Positions 39,674 to 48,911 of a stretch of DNA of 64,000 nt are shown here, piece after piece. Source of the stretch: Gemmatimonadota bacterium (GTDB lineage Bacteria; Latescibacterota; UBA2968; UBA8231). The notes beneath the pieces were generated by a model. That model was not told where the DNA came from. It saw nothing but the letters and a program-made list of their open reading frames with translations, and did no database searches. The position numbers and the translations under genes were made by a program. Every line of letters starts with the position of its first letter. The first letter of the stretch is position 1. The DNA lies in NCBI GenBank assembly GCA_038128265.1, contig JAYPJE010000015.1, positions 1 through 64,000 on the forward strand, given 5' to 3'.

Positions 39674-40669
39674 ATGCTTGATATCGGCATCGTAGGTCTT
39701 GGTGGAATAGGCAACAATCACGCTCGCTGCTACACGGAGAACAGGCATGCGCGCGTCGTTGCCGTGTGCGACGTCATACGCGAACGGGCCGATGCGGCGG
39801 CCGAGCGCTGGAATGCGCGGGCTTTTTACAGCGTGCGAGAAATGCTCAAAAGCGGCATCCACCTCGATGCCTGCTCCGTTACCACGGCAGGTGTGGAAAA
39901 CGGTGGCGATCACTACGAGCCGACGATGGAATTGCTCAAGGCGGGGTTGCCGGTGCTGGGTGAGAAGCCGATCTCAAACGATGTGAGCAAGGCGCGCAAA
40001 ATGGTGGCGCTGGCGAAGAAAAAGCGCCTGCGCTACGGGGTTAACCTCAACCACCGATTTACGCCGGCGGCCGTGCGCGCCAAGGAGTGGTTGCAGGCCG
40101 GTCGTTTGGGCGAGCTCAACATCGTCAATATGACTATGTGGATCAACAATCCCAACGAGTCGAGCCCGTGGTTTCACATACGCGCGCTCCATCCCCACTC
40201 GCTCGACGTGATGCGCTACTTTGCCGGTGACGTCGACAGGGTGCAGGCTTTTTTCAAAAAGGGCAAGGGACGCAAGATTTGGTCGAATGTGCAGGCCAAC
40301 CTGCAGTTTAAGAACGGCGTGATCGGGCATTTGACGGGCAGCTATGATGCGGGCGGCAGCTACGGCTTGGAAACGCTGGAGTTGGTTGGCTCAGAAGGTC
40401 GCGTGATCATTAACGAGGCCTGCGAAAAACTGAGCTTTTACCCGCGCTTTTCGCACGAGATCGAAAGCTATGACCACTTGGGTGGCATGGGTTCGTTCCC
40501 CGATACCTTTCCCTCGCGCATTGGTGCTTGGGTTGACGATCTGCGCAACCGCACGCCGCCCAGTAAGGTCGATGCCAAAGCCGAAGACGCGTTGAAGGTG
40601 CAGCTCGTCATCGAGTCTATTATTAAGTCTTGGGAGACCGGACAGGTCGTAAAGGTGCCGCAGAAATAG
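39674..40669 (+). CDS. Gfo/Idh/MocA oxidoreductase
   Basis: Motifs IGIVGLGGIG, VLGEKP and NHRFTP. Confidence 0.9.
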   Translation: MLDIGIVGLGGIGNNHARCYTENRHARVVAVCDVIRERADAAAERWNARAFYSVREMLKSGIHLDACSVTTAGVENGGDHYEPTMELLKAGLPVLGEKPISNDVSKARKMVALAKKKRLRYGVNLNHRFTPAAVRAKEWLQAGRLGELNIVNMTMWINNPNESSPWFHIRALHPHSLDVMRYFAGDVDRVQAFFKKGKGRKIWSNVQANLQFKNGVIGHLTGSYDAGGSYGLETLELVGSEGRVIINEACEKLSFYPRFSHEIESYDHLGGMGSFPDTFPSRIGAWVDDLRNRTPPSKVDAKAEDALKVQLVIESIIKSWETGQVVKVPQK

Positions 40670-40670
40670 T

Positions 40671-41666
40671 ATGATACGCGTAGGAGTAATCGGGCTTGGT
40701 CCCATCGGCAATCGCCACGCTAAACTCTACAACGAGATGGATAACGCCGAGCTACTCGGCGTGTGCGATGTAGATCGCGCGCGGGCCGATGCGGCGGCCA
40801 AGGCGCACGGTACGCGCGCCTTCTACAGCGTCCAGGACATGATCGAATCCGTCGAATTGGATATGGTCAGCGTCACCACGGGCGGTCAGGAATACGGCAG
40901 CGATCACTACCAGCCGACGATGGACGCGCTGCAGGCCGGGCTGCACGTGCTGGGCGAAAAGCCCATTTCCAACGAGATTGCTCCGGCCGAAGAGATGGTG
41001 GCGCTAGCGCGCGAAAAGGGCCTGTGCTACGGCATCAATATGAACCATCGCTTTACGCCGGCTGCGCGCCTGGCCAAGCAGTGGATGGATGACGGCCGCA
41101 TTGGCGACCTGCTCTTTATGAATATGAGCATGTGGATCATGAACCCGCGCGAGTCGAGTCCGTGGTTTCAAATAAAAGCGCTGCATCCGCATACCGTGGA
41201 TATCATGCGCTACTACTGCGGTGAAATCGAATGCGTGCAGTGCTTTGCTCTCAAGGCGCCGGGGCGCTCGATCTACTCGACAGCGCAGTTCAATATGCGC
41301 TTTAAAAATGGCTGTTTGGGCCATTTGACGGGCAGCTATGACATCGAGCGCGGGCACCCGATGGAGCGCTGCGAAGTGGCGGGTGTTAAGGGCCGCTTTG
41401 TAGTGGATGATATGTACCGAGAAGCGACGCTCTATCCGGCTGGAGAGATGGAGAAGCGCGTGTATTCGAATCCGGTTTTTGGTGGTATGGGCGATTTTGA
41501 AGACACGTTTCGCAACCGCTTGCGCCGATTTGTCGAGCAGCTTGAAGAGGGAGCCGGGCCCGAAGAAATTGATGGCTCGGGACTCGACGGGTTGAGGGCG
41601 CAGAAAGTGCTGGCTGCTGCCATTCGCTCCGTAGAGAGCGAAGCCGTTGTCTACGTGGAGGACTAG
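40671..41666 (+). CDS. Gfo/Idh/MocA oxidoreductase (paralog of preceding gene)
   Basis: Motifs VGVIGLGPIG, VLGEKP and NHRFTP. Confidence 0.9.
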   Translation: MIRVGVIGLGPIGNRHAKLYNEMDNAELLGVCDVDRARADAAAKAHGTRAFYSVQDMIESVELDMVSVTTGGQEYGSDHYQPTMDALQAGLHVLGEKPISNEIAPAEEMVALAREKGLCYGINMNHRFTPAARLAKQWMDDGRIGDLLFMNMSMWIMNPRESSPWFQIKALHPHTVDIMRYYCGEIECVQCFALKAPGRSIYSTAQFNMRFKNGCLGHLTGSYDIERGHPMERCEVAGVKGRFVVDDMYREATLYPAGEMEKRVYSNPVFGGMGDFEDTFRNRLRRFVEQLEEGAGPEEIDGSGLDGLRAQKVLAAAIRSVESEAVVYVED

Positions 41667-42308
41667 GTGCAGTACAACGAAAAAATACTAGTGGCCAAAG
41701 CGAGACTGCTGGAGCGCTTTAAAGGGAAAGAGCGACGGGAGAGCGATCCTACCCGCGATCGCCTGCCGCCGGGACAGCACCTGACCAAGGGCTTTCCCGT
41801 GCTCGACCTAGGCGTGAAGCCAAAATTCCATCCCAAGCGCTGGCGCTTTCAGGTTGAGGGCGAAGTCGAAGAAGGGCTCGATCTCGATTGGGACGGTTTT
41901 GCCGCCCTGCCGCGCGCGCGCTCGGAGAGCGATTTTCACTGCGTGACAACGTGGTCAAAGTTTGACGTGCAGTGGGGGGGCGTGTCGTTCCTAGAGGTTG
42001 CTGCACGCGTGCGGCCAACGGAGGAGGCGCGTTTTGTTATCGTGCACTCTGCCGATGGCTACACCACCAATGTGCCGCTGGCCGACTGTCTCGACGACGA
42101 CGTCCTCTTGGCCGACGAGCTCTTTGGCGAGCCCCTGCCTCTAGAGCACGGAGGCCCGATGCGCCTGGTCGTTCCCAAGCTCTATGCGTGGAAGTCGGCC
42201 AAATTCGTGCGGAAGTTGGTGTTTGTGAAAGAGGATCAGCCCGGTTTTTGGGAGGAGCGCGGCTACCACGATCGCGGCGATCCTTGGAAAGAAGAGCGCT
42301 ACCGGTAG
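41667..42308 (+). CDS. Sulfite-oxidase-like molybdopterin-binding oxidoreductase (YuiH type)
   Basis: Motifs RLPPGQ, DFHCVTTWS, EHGGPMRLVVP, YAWKSAK and GFWEERGYH. Confidence 0.9.
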   Translation: MQYNEKILVAKARLLERFKGKERRESDPTRDRLPPGQHLTKGFPVLDLGVKPKFHPKRWRFQVEGEVEEGLDLDWDGFAALPRARSESDFHCVTTWSKFDVQWGGVSFLEVAARVRPTEEARFVIVHSADGYTTNVPLADCLDDDVLLADELFGEPLPLEHGGPMRLVVPKLYAWKSAKFVRKLVFVKEDQPGFWEERGYHDRGDPWKEERYR

Positions 42309-42778
42309 GCGCGGCCCAGACTTTGTCGGAGTCGCTCGATGGAACGTTCGAGCGACTGGCCGACGGTGTTGGCCTCGTCCAATCGCTGCGGAAATTGCTC
42401 AAAGAGCGCCGCATCCTGCTGGCGCACGCCCTCCAATATTATATCGAAGGCCTCTAGGCGCAGGCGCAGATAGTCCTGCAAGAGCTGGTGCGTGGGCTGT
42501 AGGTCAGCCAGTGTTGGCTGCAGCGCATCGGCCTGCTCGGCTAGCTCGGCCACCTTGGGACGGAACCGCTGTTCGACAAGCGGATATATGACCTCGATAT
42601 CGATCGAATCCGCCGGCACGGCGCGCCGGATGTCTACTTCCAGCGAGCGCATGCTCTGTACGATATCTCCTACCTGATCGAGATAGCGTACCGCCTGCAC
42701 GGCGTCGTCTCCATCTACTGCATCCTCGCTTGCGCAGCCCAGTGCGAACAGCAGGGTGATTAAAATCGATAGCTTCAA
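42299..42778 (-). CDS. Hypothetical helical lipoprotein
   Basis: Lipoprotein signal MKLSILITLLFALGC; lies on the same strand directly after the MBL genes. Confidence 0.65.
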   Translation of the reverse strand: MKLSILITLLFALGCASEDAVDGDDAVQAVRYLDQVGDIVQSMRSLEVDIRRAVPADSIDIEVIYPLVEQRFRPKVAELAEQADALQPTLADLQPTHQLLQDYLRLRLEAFDIILEGVRQQDAALFEQFPQRLDEANTVGQSLERSIERLRQSLGRAYR

Positions 42779-42791
42779 CGCTCAGACATTC

Positions 42792-43628
42792 CTATAGTGA
42801 GTATTCGTTCCCTTCGCACCCGGCTTCTATCGGCATGGGGCGATCGGAGAGCGCGCTGACCGCGGCATCCAACTCGTCGTCGGTGCGCATGGGGTGATGG
42901 TTGAATAGAATCAGATGTTTTGCATCGGCCCGACTGGCCACATCGGCAGCGTGCAGTGGGCAGCTATGACCCGAATGCTGCCGAGCCGGGTATTCGTCGT
43001 CGCTGTGATAGGCGTCGTGGATAAGCAGATCGGCCCCGCGGCAAAGCGCTGCTGCGCGCTCGCGGCTCGCCTCATCGCGGTAGTCGACGACGGGTAGGTA
43101 GGCTAGCGTGGCATGGCCATCGCTGATTCTATAGGCGGTGCACGGTCCGCCGTGGCTATGGCCCACTTCGGCGTGTTCGACCTGGAATTCTCCCAGCTGC
43201 AGAGGCTGCTTCTCATCCAAATCGCAGACGTCGACTTGAGCGCCAATGTGATCGTAGAAAAAGTTGGGAACCGGACAGAAGGTGGGCTGCATCTGCTCTA
43301 GTAGCAACGCGCGCATGCTGCGCGCACCGCCGCGGCCGAAGAGGCGAAATGCATTGCCCGGGATTAGCAGAGGCAGGCAAAAGGGCACGCCCTGTATATG
43401 CGACCAGTGGGTGTGGCTAAACAGGAGATGGGCCTGGCCCTGACCGCGGCCAAAGGCCCCGGCAAAGAGGGCGTTGCCCAATCCATTCAGGCCGATTCCG
43501 CCGTCCAAAATAAGCGTTGAGGAGCCGGAACTTTCCACCTGCACGCAGAGCGTATTGACCCCGTATCGCCTGGTTTGAGGGCGGGGTATAGAGATCCCAC
43601 CGCGTGCGCCCCAAAGCTTTACTTTCAC
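42792..43628 (-). CDS. MBL-fold metallo-hydrolase, degenerate motif
   Basis: Motifs VKLWGARG, ILDGGIG, SHTHWSH (Asp replaced by Ser), GHS and NHHP. Confidence 0.85.
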   Translation of the reverse strand: MKVKLWGARGGISIPRPQTRRYGVNTLCVQVESSGSSTLILDGGIGLNGLGNALFAGAFGRGQGQAHLLFSHTHWSHIQGVPFCLPLLIPGNAFRLFGRGGARSMRALLLEQMQPTFCPVPNFFYDHIGAQVDVCDLDEKQPLQLGEFQVEHAEVGHSHGGPCTAYRISDGHATLAYLPVVDYRDEASRERAAALCRGADLLIHDAYHSDDEYPARQHSGHSCPLHAADVASRADAKHLILFNHHPMRTDDELDAAVSALSDRPMPIEAGCEGNEYSL

Positions 43629-43640
43629 CGTGCAGCCCTC

Positions 43641-44510
43641 CTATAGCACCAGGTGGTCGCCTTCAGTTGCGGCCAGTAGAGCGTTGTCGGGTGCCCGTTT
43701 GCTACAGTCTGCGACAATGGCATCGAGCTGTTCGTCGCTGCGATTGGGCGCGTGGTGAAAAAAGGCCGTGCGTCGGACGTTGGCTTCTTCGCCTAGGCGC
43801 AGCGCGTCGTCGGTGCGGCTGTGTCCCCAGTCGTCTTTGTACTCATCGGGGAGAAAAAACGAGTCAAACACCATCAAATCGGCATCTTGTGCCAGTTGAA
43901 CGGCGCCCTTTTGCAGCTCTATACGCCGATCTTCGAGCTCCTCATCGGAACCCTCATTCATGCCGGCACCGTGCAAACGCGGTCCGTACAGGTCGGTATC
44001 GCTGACGTAGGAGAACACCTTACCCGCACATTCAATGCGAAAACCGCCCGTGTAGCTCGGATGGTTTAATCGCTTGCACAGCACGTTGGTTGGGCCGATC
44101 TGCCACTGTTGTCCCTCCACCAGATCGGTGAATTCCAGCGCGGCATGGGCCTGTTCGAGTTGCACGGGAAAAAAGGGCTGTTGCTGCTGTTGGGCCAGAA
44201 TTTGGCAGAGCGTGCGATCGGGATGTGCCATGGAATACAGATGAACGCGTGTGCCGCGCTCCTGCAGCGGAGCAAAGTGGGGGAAACCGTGTATGTGGTC
44301 CCAGTGCGTGTGGCTAATGAGCAGGTGGATCTCGCGCTGGCCTTGCTCTACCAAGTGCTTTCCAAGCGTACAAATGCCGGTGCCTGCATCAATTACGATA
44401 CATGTGCCCTGTGCATTGATCTCAATGCAGGGTGTATTGCCGCCGTAGCGCACACAGTGTGGTGAGGAGACGGGATAGGAACCCCGCACGCCCCAAAAAG
44501 TGACTTCCAT
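43641..44510 (-). CDS. MBL-fold metallo-hydrolase (RNase Z/phosphodiesterase-like)
   Basis: Motifs FWGVRGS, YGGNTPC, IDAGTG, SHTHWDH, NHP, YVSDT, WGHS and FHHAP. Confidence 0.9.
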   Translation of the reverse strand: MEVTFWGVRGSYPVSSPHCVRYGGNTPCIEINAQGTCIVIDAGTGICTLGKHLVEQGQREIHLLISHTHWDHIHGFPHFAPLQERGTRVHLYSMAHPDRTLCQILAQQQQQPFFPVQLEQAHAALEFTDLVEGQQWQIGPTNVLCKRLNHPSYTGGFRIECAGKVFSYVSDTDLYGPRLHGAGMNEGSDEELEDRRIELQKGAVQLAQDADLMVFDSFFLPDEYKDDWGHSRTDDALRLGEEANVRRTAFFHHAPNRSDEQLDAIVADCSKRAPDNALLAATEGDHLVL

Positions 44511-44653
44511 GAAACAGGCCCGGTCAGTAATTAAAGAGCAGAACAATATGAAATAATATGAATTATGTTGTTAGTACACAAGTATTTACTAATGTGTGAA
44601 AAGGATGCGCGGAACCGGTTTACATCTGGCGCATCGACCTAGTGGGAGCGATG

Positions 44654-44682
44654 TTTACAAGGATAATGGCGTTTGTTATTAT
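44654..44682 (+). promoter_or_regulatory. Sigma70-type promoter of the lepB-proteasome operon
   Basis: TTTACA-17 nt-TATTAT with extended TG. AAGGAG RBS before ATG 44713. Confidence 0.55.
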
Positions 44683-44712
44683 ATCCGCACGTCGCGATGT
44701 CAAAGGAGATCT

Positions 44713-45417
44713 ATGGACGCCAAGAATCGCAAATCGAGCATCGGGGAGTATGTTTCGTCTATCCTCGTTGCCGTGGGGTTGGCACTGCTTATTCGCACGG
44801 CGGTGGTGCAGGCCTTCTACATTCCCTCTGGCTCTATGGAAGACACGCTCCTGGTCGGCGATTATCTACTTGCCAATAAATTTGTCTACGGAGCGCCTTT
44901 GGACGTGCCGGCAACCAATATAACCCTCTTTCGCCTGCCGGCGATACGCGACCCACAACCCGGTGATATTGTTATTTTTCGCTCTCCGGTCGATTCCGAC
45001 CGCGATCTCATCAAGCGCTGCGTTGCCGTAGGAGGGCAGACGGTCGAAATCGTCAACAAGACGCTTTATGTCGACGGCCAGCCCTTCGCCGATCCGCCGC
45101 TAACCAAATACACCGATCGCGCAGTCTATTCGGCCGCTTTCAATCCGCGCGATAACTTCGGTCCTTTTGCCGTGCCCGAGGGGCACTTTTTCATGATGGG
45201 GGACAACCGCGATAACAGCGCCGATAGCCGCTACTGGCGTTCCGTGCCCAAGGATTTGATTAAGGGCAAGGCGATGAGTATATACTGGTCGTGGGCGCCC
45301 GACACGGGGGGGCCGTACTACAGCGGTCCCGCGTCGCTGCCCAGGGTATTGGCCAGCTGGATTGGGCGCCTGCCGAGCCGCGTGCGCTACGAGCGCTTGG
45401 GCGACGTCATTCGCTAG
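44713..45417 (+). CDS. lepB: Signal peptidase I
   Basis: Single TM, then IPSGSMEDTL (catalytic Ser), LIKRCV (catalytic Lys) and MGDNRDNSADSRYW. Confidence 0.95.
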   Translation: MDAKNRKSSIGEYVSSILVAVGLALLIRTAVVQAFYIPSGSMEDTLLVGDYLLANKFVYGAPLDVPATNITLFRLPAIRDPQPGDIVIFRSPVDSDRDLIKRCVAVGGQTVEIVNKTLYVDGQPFADPPLTKYTDRAVYSAAFNPRDNFGPFAVPEGHFFMMGDNRDNSADSRYWRSVPKDLIKGKAMSIYWSWAPDTGGPYYSGPASLPRVLASWIGRLPSRVRYERLGDVIR

Positions 45418-45427
45418 GACGGAGAGC

Positions 45428-47152
45428 ATGAATAGGCGAAATAGCAGAGACCGAGACGACGACTACGATTACGACGACTACGACGAGCGCGAAGTCGGTC
45501 AGGCCGAAGACGGCGACGAGCCGCTGCGCTTGGTGGACCAGCTCTTGACAATGGCTGCCGACCGCGATCCGGCGCGTCCGCTGCTCTACCAGCTGCGGCG
45601 CCAGTTGATGGAGCGCGAGATTTCCTTTCAGGAGGCCCGGCGCTCTCTTGTCGAGATGGAAGCGGCGCTGGAAAAGGTCACGGCACCGGCCAACCGGATC
45701 GGCATTTTTCTCAATTCGCCCAAAGAAGGTATCGCCAACGTATTCGTCAGCGGCTCCGAGTACTATGCCAATATCGATCCGCGCGTCGACGCAGAGCGCC
45801 TGCGCGCCGGCTGCCGGGTGCTGATCAATGAAGCCTATGCGGTGGTGGGCGATTTGGGCTACAGCCCGAGCGGCCCGGTCGCCAAAATAGGCGATGTGCT
45901 CGAAGGGGGGCGGTTGCGCCTGTCGCAGGCACACGGAACGCAGGAGATCGTGCTGGAGCGCGGCGCCGAACTGCAGGATATCGATTTGAAGGTGGGCGAC
46001 GAGGTGCGCGTCGATCCAGCTTTTAAAGTGGCCTTGGAACGACTGCAGTCGTCCGAGAGCAAGGAGTACTTTATCGAAGACGTGCCGCCGACGCCCTGGG
46101 ACAGCATTGGCGGTCAGCAGGAGGCCATCCAGGCCATCCGCGATACTATTGAGCTGCCGGCCCTGCACCCCGAACTGTTCGAGCGCTTTCAGTACAGCAC
46201 GCCCAAGGGGTTTTTGCTCTACGGTCCGCCCGGATGCGGCAAGACGCTGATCGGCAAAGCCACGGCCTACAACCTGGTCGAGCACATGCGTCGCGAAGAG
46301 GGCTTGGAGCTCGAAGAGTACTTCATGCACATCAAGGGGCCCGAGATCCTCAATATGTGGCTCGGCGAGACCGAGCGCATGGTGCGCGAAGTTTTTGCCC
46401 AGGCGCGGCAGAAGCGCAAGGAAGGCTACCTGCCCTTTGTCTTCATAGACGAGGCCGAATCCATTTTGGGCACGCGGCGTTCGATGCGCTCGCACAATAT
46501 CTCCAATACCGTCGTGCCGATGTTCTGCACTGAGATGGACGGCATCGAGTCGCTGCACGACGTGGTCATTATTCTGGCTTCAAACCGCCACGACCTGATC
46601 GATCCGGCGATTTTGCGCCCCGGCCGCATCGACCGCAAAATAAAGGTCAACCGCCCCAACTACGAAGCGGCCAAGGCTATTTTCTCAATCTACCTGACGT
46701 CCTCTCTGCCGATCGATGCGGCGGAAGTGGCCGAGCACGGCGGCGAAGAGGCGGCGCGCGAAGCGCTTGTCCAGCAGGGCGTCGACGAGCTTTTTGCGCG
46801 CAGCGAGGAGACGCGTTTTCTCGAGGTTTCACTGCGCTCTGGGCGACAGGAAGTGCTCTATCGCAGCGACCTTTCCAGCGGGGCGATTATTGCGTCAGTG
46901 GTTCAGCGCGCCAAGGAGCTGGCCATCAAACGCGCCATTTCACAGCAGGAGGCCGGCGCGGGCGTCCGCGCGCAGGATCTGCGTGACGCCGTGCGGCACG
47001 AGTATCGCGAAAACGAGGTGTTTCCGCCGTCCGATAGCGTAGAGGATTGGCTCAAACTGCTCGACTACGAGCCGGAAAATGTGGTCAAGGTGACGCCGGT
47101 GCGCCCGCAGGTGGAAAAGGCGCAGGAGACGCGCGCCGGCAAGGTGATCTAG
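45428..47152 (+). CDS. arc: Proteasome-associated AAA+ ATPase (ARC/Mpa)
   Basis: Coiled coil and OB-like region, Walker A GPPGCGKT, IKGPEILNMWLGE, Walker B FIDE and DPAILRPGRIDRKIKV; context of the proteasome operon. Confidence 0.93.
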   Translation: MNRRNSRDRDDDYDYDDYDEREVGQAEDGDEPLRLVDQLLTMAADRDPARPLLYQLRRQLMEREISFQEARRSLVEMEAALEKVTAPANRIGIFLNSPKEGIANVFVSGSEYYANIDPRVDAERLRAGCRVLINEAYAVVGDLGYSPSGPVAKIGDVLEGGRLRLSQAHGTQEIVLERGAELQDIDLKVGDEVRVDPAFKVALERLQSSESKEYFIEDVPPTPWDSIGGQQEAIQAIRDTIELPALHPELFERFQYSTPKGFLLYGPPGCGKTLIGKATAYNLVEHMRREEGLELEEYFMHIKGPEILNMWLGETERMVREVFAQARQKRKEGYLPFVFIDEAESILGTRRSMRSHNISNTVVPMFCTEMDGIESLHDVVIILASNRHDLIDPAILRPGRIDRKIKVNRPNYEAAKAIFSIYLTSSLPIDAAEVAEHGGEEAAREALVQQGVDELFARSEETRFLEVSLRSGRQEVLYRSDLSSGAIIASVVQRAKELAIKRAISQQEAGAGVRAQDLRDAVRHEYRENEVFPPSDSVEDWLKLLDYEPENVVKVTPVRPQVEKAQETRAGKVI

Positions 47153-47155
47153 CGC

Positions 47156-48712
47156 ATGCTGCGACTGTGTGGGTTGGAAACGGAGTATGGAATCCAAGTC
47201 GACGATGTCGATCATATGGACGTCGTCGTCGAGTCGATGGAGCTAATCCGCTGCTACCTGCACGATGACTTCGTCGCGCGCTGGAACTACGCGCTGGAAA
47301 ATCCTCGCCGCGATATGCGCGGTTTTGAAGTCGACGAGCTGCGCAACGACAAAGACGAGATGGAGCACCTGCAGCAGGATCGCGCCCGCAAGATTCCGCT
47401 CAAGGATCTCAAGAGCGATCTGCTAATTCACAACGGGGCTCGCCTCTACAACGATCACACGCACCCCGAGTTTTCCACCCCCGAGTGCTACGATTTATTT
47501 GGCCTGGTTGCCTTTGACCGCGCCGGTGAACGCATTCTGCTGGAGTGCGCCCAGCAGCGCACGGCGACGCGCGGCGGCGGCGTGGTGCGCCTTTACAAGA
47601 ACAACACCGACTTTGACGGTCATAGCTACGGCACGCACGAAAACTTTCTCATTCGCCGCGATGTGCCTTTTGATCGGGTTATTGCCGCTCTGCTGCCCTT
47701 TATAGCCACGCGCCAGATTTACGCCGGCGCCGGCAAGGTGGGCGTTGAAGAAGATGCGCGCGCCGATGGCGGCATATACCAGCTGGCGCAGCGCTCCGAT
47801 TTTTTTGAGGTCATTACCAGCGTCGACACCATGCAGCGTCGGCCGCTGGTCAACAGTCGCGACGAGCCGCACGCCGATCCGACGCACTGGCGCCGCCTGC
47901 ACATGATCGTCGGCGACGCCAATATGTCGGAGTGGGCAACCGCGCTTAAGGTCGGCGCGCTGGGACTGGTGTTGGACCTGCTTGAAATGGACGCGGTGCC
48001 GGCGTGTGAGCTGGCCGATCCGGTGGGCGCGCTGAAGAGCGTTTCGCGCGACCAGACGCATCAGTGGCCCGTCGAACTGGCGGGCGGTGGGCACACGTCT
48101 GCGCTCGATATTCAGGCCACCTATTGGGAGGCGGCGCGCGAGCGGCTGCAGGGACGCGACGGCGAGACGGACTGGGTGCTGGACGAGTGGCAGCGGGCTA
48201 TTGAGGCGCTTGGCCGCGAACCGGGCGAGCTGCGTGGGCTGTGCGATTGGGTGACAAAGAAGTGGCTGTTGGACGCCTTTGCCGAATCGGAAGGGTTGGA
48301 CTGGAGTCGCCCCGACGATCGCGCCTGGCTGCAGAGCCAGGACTTGGAATATCACAACGTCGACCCAGCCGAGGGGCTCTATCTGATGTTGGAGGAGAGC
48401 GGGCAGGTGTCGCAGCTGCTCAACGATGAAGAGGTGCGCCGCGCTATGGTGGTGCCGCCGGCGGATACGCGCGCCTACTTTCGCGGCGTGGCGCTGGAGA
48501 AGTTTTCCGCGCAGGTGCGCTCACTCAACTGGGATAGCATTGAGTTTGAGACGGCAGCGGGCAATGCGCACATCATCGATTTGAAAGGGTGTGTTGATGC
48601 GGCGTCGGCCGCATATTTTAACGCGGCGCTCGACGGAGCGAGCAGCGTCGAAGAGCTGGTGGAAAAACTGGCGGCCTGGCAGCCTCAGGACGCGTCGAAA
48701 GGAGAAGCGTGA
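47156..48712 (+). CDS. dop: Dop-type depupylase/deamidase (PafA2 family)
   Basis: Motifs GLETEYG, NGARLYNDHTHPEFSTPE, YKNNTD..GHSYGTHEN, RDEPHAD, RRLHMIVGDAN and QDLEYH. Confidence 0.9.
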   Translation: MLRLCGLETEYGIQVDDVDHMDVVVESMELIRCYLHDDFVARWNYALENPRRDMRGFEVDELRNDKDEMEHLQQDRARKIPLKDLKSDLLIHNGARLYNDHTHPEFSTPECYDLFGLVAFDRAGERILLECAQQRTATRGGGVVRLYKNNTDFDGHSYGTHENFLIRRDVPFDRVIAALLPFIATRQIYAGAGKVGVEEDARADGGIYQLAQRSDFFEVITSVDTMQRRPLVNSRDEPHADPTHWRRLHMIVGDANMSEWATALKVGALGLVLDLLEMDAVPACELADPVGALKSVSRDQTHQWPVELAGGGHTSALDIQATYWEAARERLQGRDGETDWVLDEWQRAIEALGREPGELRGLCDWVTKKWLLDAFAESEGLDWSRPDDRAWLQSQDLEYHNVDPAEGLYLMLEESGQVSQLLNDEEVRRAMVVPPADTRAYFRGVALEKFSAQVRSLNWDSIEFETAAGNAHIIDLKGCVDAASAAYFNAALDGASSVEELVEKLAAWQPQDASKGEA

Positions 48713-48903
48713 TGAATGCTTTTGAACTGCGCGATCGCATACCGCGTCCCGTTAAGCCGATGGACGATGGTGGAGGCGAAGGAGATGAGGGGCCGCGCCG
48801 CCCAAAAGTCGAAAAACCCGGCGGGGGCGACGACATACTCAAGCGCATGAAGCGGGTCGATCCAAACCAGGCGCGGCGCTATCGCCAGCGCACGGGTGAA
48901 TAG
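48712..48903 (+). CDS. ubact: Ubiquitin-like protein UBact (Pup analogue)
   Basis: 63-aa P/G/D/E/R-rich protein ending LKRMKRVDPNQARRYRQRTGE, matching R[T/S]G[E/Q]. Lies between dop and prcB, with an AAGGAG RBS. An alternative GTG start is at 48709. Confidence 0.92.
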   Translation: MNAFELRDRIPRPVKPMDDGGGEGDEGPRRPKVEKPGGGDDILKRMKRVDPNQARRYRQRTGE

Positions 48904-48911
48904 GCGCATCG

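Noticed and set aside
45455..45490. GACGACTAC-type short repeats
   Set aside because: These are codons for the Asp/Tyr-rich N-terminus of ARC, not a CRISPR array or DNA element.
45407..46558. Long antisense or alternative-frame ORFs (e.g. 383 aa opposite arc, 286 aa opposite dop, 279 aa at 31610-32449)
   Set aside because: They are shadow ORFs expected at high GC. They overlap well-supported genes and show no recognisable motifs.
48712..48903. Calling the tag canonical Pup
   Set aside because: It ends RTGE, not GGE/GGQ, and lacks the Pup-type LDEIDxVLE helix. It fits UBact.
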